In this document: piece by piece, positions 61,256 to 64,000 of the stretch
Layout of the letters: the number at the start of each line of letters is the position of its first letter
Position numbering within the stretch: the stretch's first letter is position 1
Assembly: GCF_963921235.1 (NCBI RefSeq)
Contig: NC_086097.1
Span: forward strand, 209,934,001-209,998,000
Direction of reading: 5' to 3'
Source: Mobula hypostoma
Taxonomy: Eukaryota
DNA length: 64,000 nt
Notes under the pieces: generated by a model
What the model saw: the letters and a program-made list of their open reading frames with translations, nothing else
What the model was told of the DNA's origin: nothing
Database searches by the model: none
Translations under genes and position numbers: made by a program

Positions 61256-63530
61256 AAAGCAAAAGGAATAGCATACAAAAAGCAAAAATTAGTGGCAAAA
61301 TAGAGGATTGGGAAGTTTTTAAAAACCTACAGAGAGTAACAAAAAAAATCAGTAGAAAGGAAAAGATGAAATATGAAATCAAGCTAGCAAATAATATCAA
61401 AGTGGATAGCAAAAGTTTTTTCAAGTATGTTAAAAATAAAAGAGAAATGAGAGTAGATATAGGACCACTGGAAAATGAGGCAGGAGAAATAATAACGGCA
61501 CAAGGAGATGGCTGCTGAACTAAATGAGTGTTTTGCGACAGTCTTCACTGTGGAAGACACTGGCAGTATGCCTGATGTTGTAGTATGCAGTGGAAGAGAA
61601 GTGGATGCAGTTACTGTTACAAGAGAGAAGGTGCTCAAAAAGCTGAGAGACCCAAGGGTACCTAAGTCACCTGGACCAGATGAACTGCACCCTAGGGTTC
61701 TGAAAGAAGTAGCATTAAAGATTGTGGTGGCATTAGAAATAGGCATCCGTTAGTCTCGTGAGACCATGGATTTGCACCTTGGAAGATTTCCAGGGCGCAG
61801 GACTGGGCAAGGTTGTATGGAAGACCAGCTGTTGCCCATGCTGCAAGTCTCTCCTCTCTTTTCCACTGATGTTGTCCAAAGGAAGGGCATTAGGACCCAT
61901 ACAGCTTGGCACCGGTGTCGTCGCAGAGCAATGTGTAGTTAAGTGCCTTGCTCAAGGACACAACATGCTGCCTCAGCCAAGGCTCGAACTAGCGACCTTC
62001 AGGTCACTAGGCGAACTCCTTAACCACTTGGCCACGCGCCAACACTGGCATTAGAAATGATCTTTCAAAAATCATTGGACTCTGGCATGGTGCCAGAGAA
62101 CCTGAAAATTGCAGATGTTACTCCACTCTTAAGAGAGGAGGAAGGCAGCAGAAAGGAAATTGTAGACCAGTTAGCCTGATCTCAGTGGTTGGGAAGATGT
62201 TGGAGTCAAGTGTTAAGGATGAGGTGATGGAGTACTTGGTGACACGGGACAAGATAGTACAAAGTCAGTGTGGTTTCCTTCAGGGGAAAAACCTGCCTGA
62301 TGAACCTGTTGGAATTCTTTTAGGAGACTACAAGTAGGATAGATAAAGGGGATGCAGCGGATGTTGTACATTTGGACTTTCAGAAGGCCTTTGACAAGGT
62401 GCCACACATGAGGCTGCTTACCAAGTTAAGAGCCCATGGTATTACAGGAAACTTATTAACATGGTTAGAGCTTTGGCTGATTGGTAGGAGGCGGCGAGTG
62501 GGAATAAAAGGATCCTTTTCTGGTTGGCTGCCAGTGACTACTGGTGTTCCACAGGGGTCGGTGTTGGGACCACTGCTTTTTATGCTTTTTATAAATGATT
62601 TAGATGATGGAATAGGTGGCTTTGTTTCCAAGTTTGCAGATGATAGCAAGGTTGGTGGAGGGGCTGGTAGTGCTGAGGAAACAGTTAGGATGCAGAAGGA
62701 CTTAGACAGATTAGGAGAATGGGCAAGAAAGTGGCAAATGAAATACAATGTTGGAAAATGCATGGCCATGCACTTTGATAATAGAAATAACCGTGCGGAA
62801 TATTTTCTAAATGGGGAGAAAATCCAGGAATGCAGAACACCCTAAAGGTTAACTTACAGGTTGAGTTGGTGGTGAGGAAAGCAAATGCAATGTTAGCATT
62901 CATTTCGAGAGGTCTAGAATACAAGAGCAAGGGTGTGATGCTGAGGCTTTAAAAGGCACTGGTAAGGCCTCACCTTGAGTGTTGTGAACATTTTTGAGCC
63001 TCTGATCTTAGAAAAGATGTGCTGGCATTGGAGAGGGTCCAGTGGATGTTCATAAGGATGATTCCAGGAATGAAAGGGTTATCATATGAGGAACATGTTG
63101 GCTCTGGGTCTGTACTCGCTGGAATTCTGAAGGATGGGGGGATCTCATTGAAACCTTTTGAATGTTGAAAGGTCTAGACAGAGTAGATGTGGTAAGGCAC
63201 TCTCCCACGGTTGGAGAGTCTAGGACAAGAGGGCACCACCTCTGGATAGAAGGGCGCCCTTTCAAAACAGAGATGTGGAGAAATTTCTTAAGCCAAAAGG
63301 TGGTAAATTTTGGAATTTGTTGCCACATGCAGCTGTGGAGGCCAGGTTGTTAGGTGTATTTAAGGCAGAGATTGATAGGTTCTTGATTGGACATGGCATC
63401 AAGGGCTACGGGAAGAAGGCTGGGAACTGGGGTTGAGGAGGAGATAGAAAAAAGCATCAGCTGTGATTGAATGGCGGAGCAGAATCAATGATCCGGATGG
63501 CCTAATTCTGCTCCTATGTCTTATGGTCTT
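61256..63530 (+). mobile_element. CR1 LINE, long 3' portion, nested in the Rex1-like element
   Basis: ORFs 61093-61753 and 62372-62845 (DFQKAFDKVPH, FADD); tail tcttatggtcttatg; atgta at 61251-61255 and 63531-63535. Confidence 0.9.
61741..62045 (-). mobile_element. Full-length tRNA-derived CORE-type SINE with RTE-like tail
   Basis: 13-bp TSD tggcattagaaat at 61728-61740 and 62046-62058. A box tggccaagtgg, B box gttcgagcc, CORE-like ccttgagcaaggcacttaac. Confidence 0.85.
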
Positions 63531-64000
63531 ATGTAGCAGGAAATTCTGAGGATTATAGACTGCAGGTCTACCCTGCACGTCAGTGACTAGGATGATTCAC
63601 TCCCTGAGAGGCTGAATGTCTTCTGCGCCTGGTTTAATGCACAGAACAAAGTGCTGGCGAGGAAGACCCTGGCCAGAGTCAACCCATGCAAAGCTGCGCG
63701 GCCCAATAATACACCAGGTTGGGTTCTGAAAGACTGCGCAGCCCAGCTGACGGATACATTCAACATCTCTCTGGAACAATCCATTGTTCTCTCAGTTTTC
63801 AAGCGGCAACCATTATTCCAATGCCAAAGAAGGTGCCAGTAACCTGCCGAAATTGAATATCATCTTTGAGCAGTTGATCACAGAGCACATTAAAGCGTTT
63901 CTTCTGGCTACACTGGGCCCTTTCCAGTTCACTTACCACTCAAGTCGATCCATTGATGGTGCAATAGCCTCTGCTCTCTACTCTGTCCTGTCCCTCCTGG

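Larger units (their letters stand above)
59908..64000 (+). mobile_element. Rex1/Babar-like LINE with 5' end, APE endonuclease and start of RT, split by a CR1
   Basis: Starts caagatggc. APE motifs LANLRSLEN, LTESWL, VYIPP, GDFNH, SDHLPV. Resumes after 63535 with RVNPCKAARPNNTPGWVLKDCAAQLTD. Confidence 0.82.

Noticed and set aside
61965..62045. tRNA gene
   Set aside because: It is the tRNA-like head of a SINE, continuing into a CORE domain and flanked by a TSD.

Overview
Vertebrate genomic DNA, about 40% GC and dominated by transposons. The mix of CR1, Rex1/Babar, Penelope, L1, Tc1 and SINE repeats suggests a cartilaginous fish such as a ray or shark (inference). The window holds two head-to-head host genes sharing a CpG-rich, ETS-motif-rich bidirectional promoter at about 47.2-47.6 kb. 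TMEM68 (DIESL acyltransferase) is on the minus strand, with four coding exons at 42384-42060, 29564-29397, 18096-17903 and 1173-1113, and continues past the left edge. TGS1 (trimethylguanosine synthase/PIMT) is on the plus strand, with coding exons at 47492-47595, 50351-50412, 57681-57844 and 58332-59103, and continues past the right edge. All splice phases join. The introns are packed with nested elements: a Gypsy LTR element with a PNMA-like gag split by a Tc1 just before its YLDD motif, a near-full-length L1 with a duplicated ORF1 C-terminus, three solo LTRs, a hAT element interrupted by a tail-less CR1 piece with a 49-bp duplication, a CORE-SINE, and several Penelope-like insertions. Some of the Penelope-like insertions carry minimal hammerhead-ribozyme motifs and form fold-back palindromes. 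There are no prokaryotic features and no CRISPR array. I cannot claim a wholly new system; the ribozyme-bearing fold-back Penelope mini-insertions and the L1 ORF1 duplication are the best leads.
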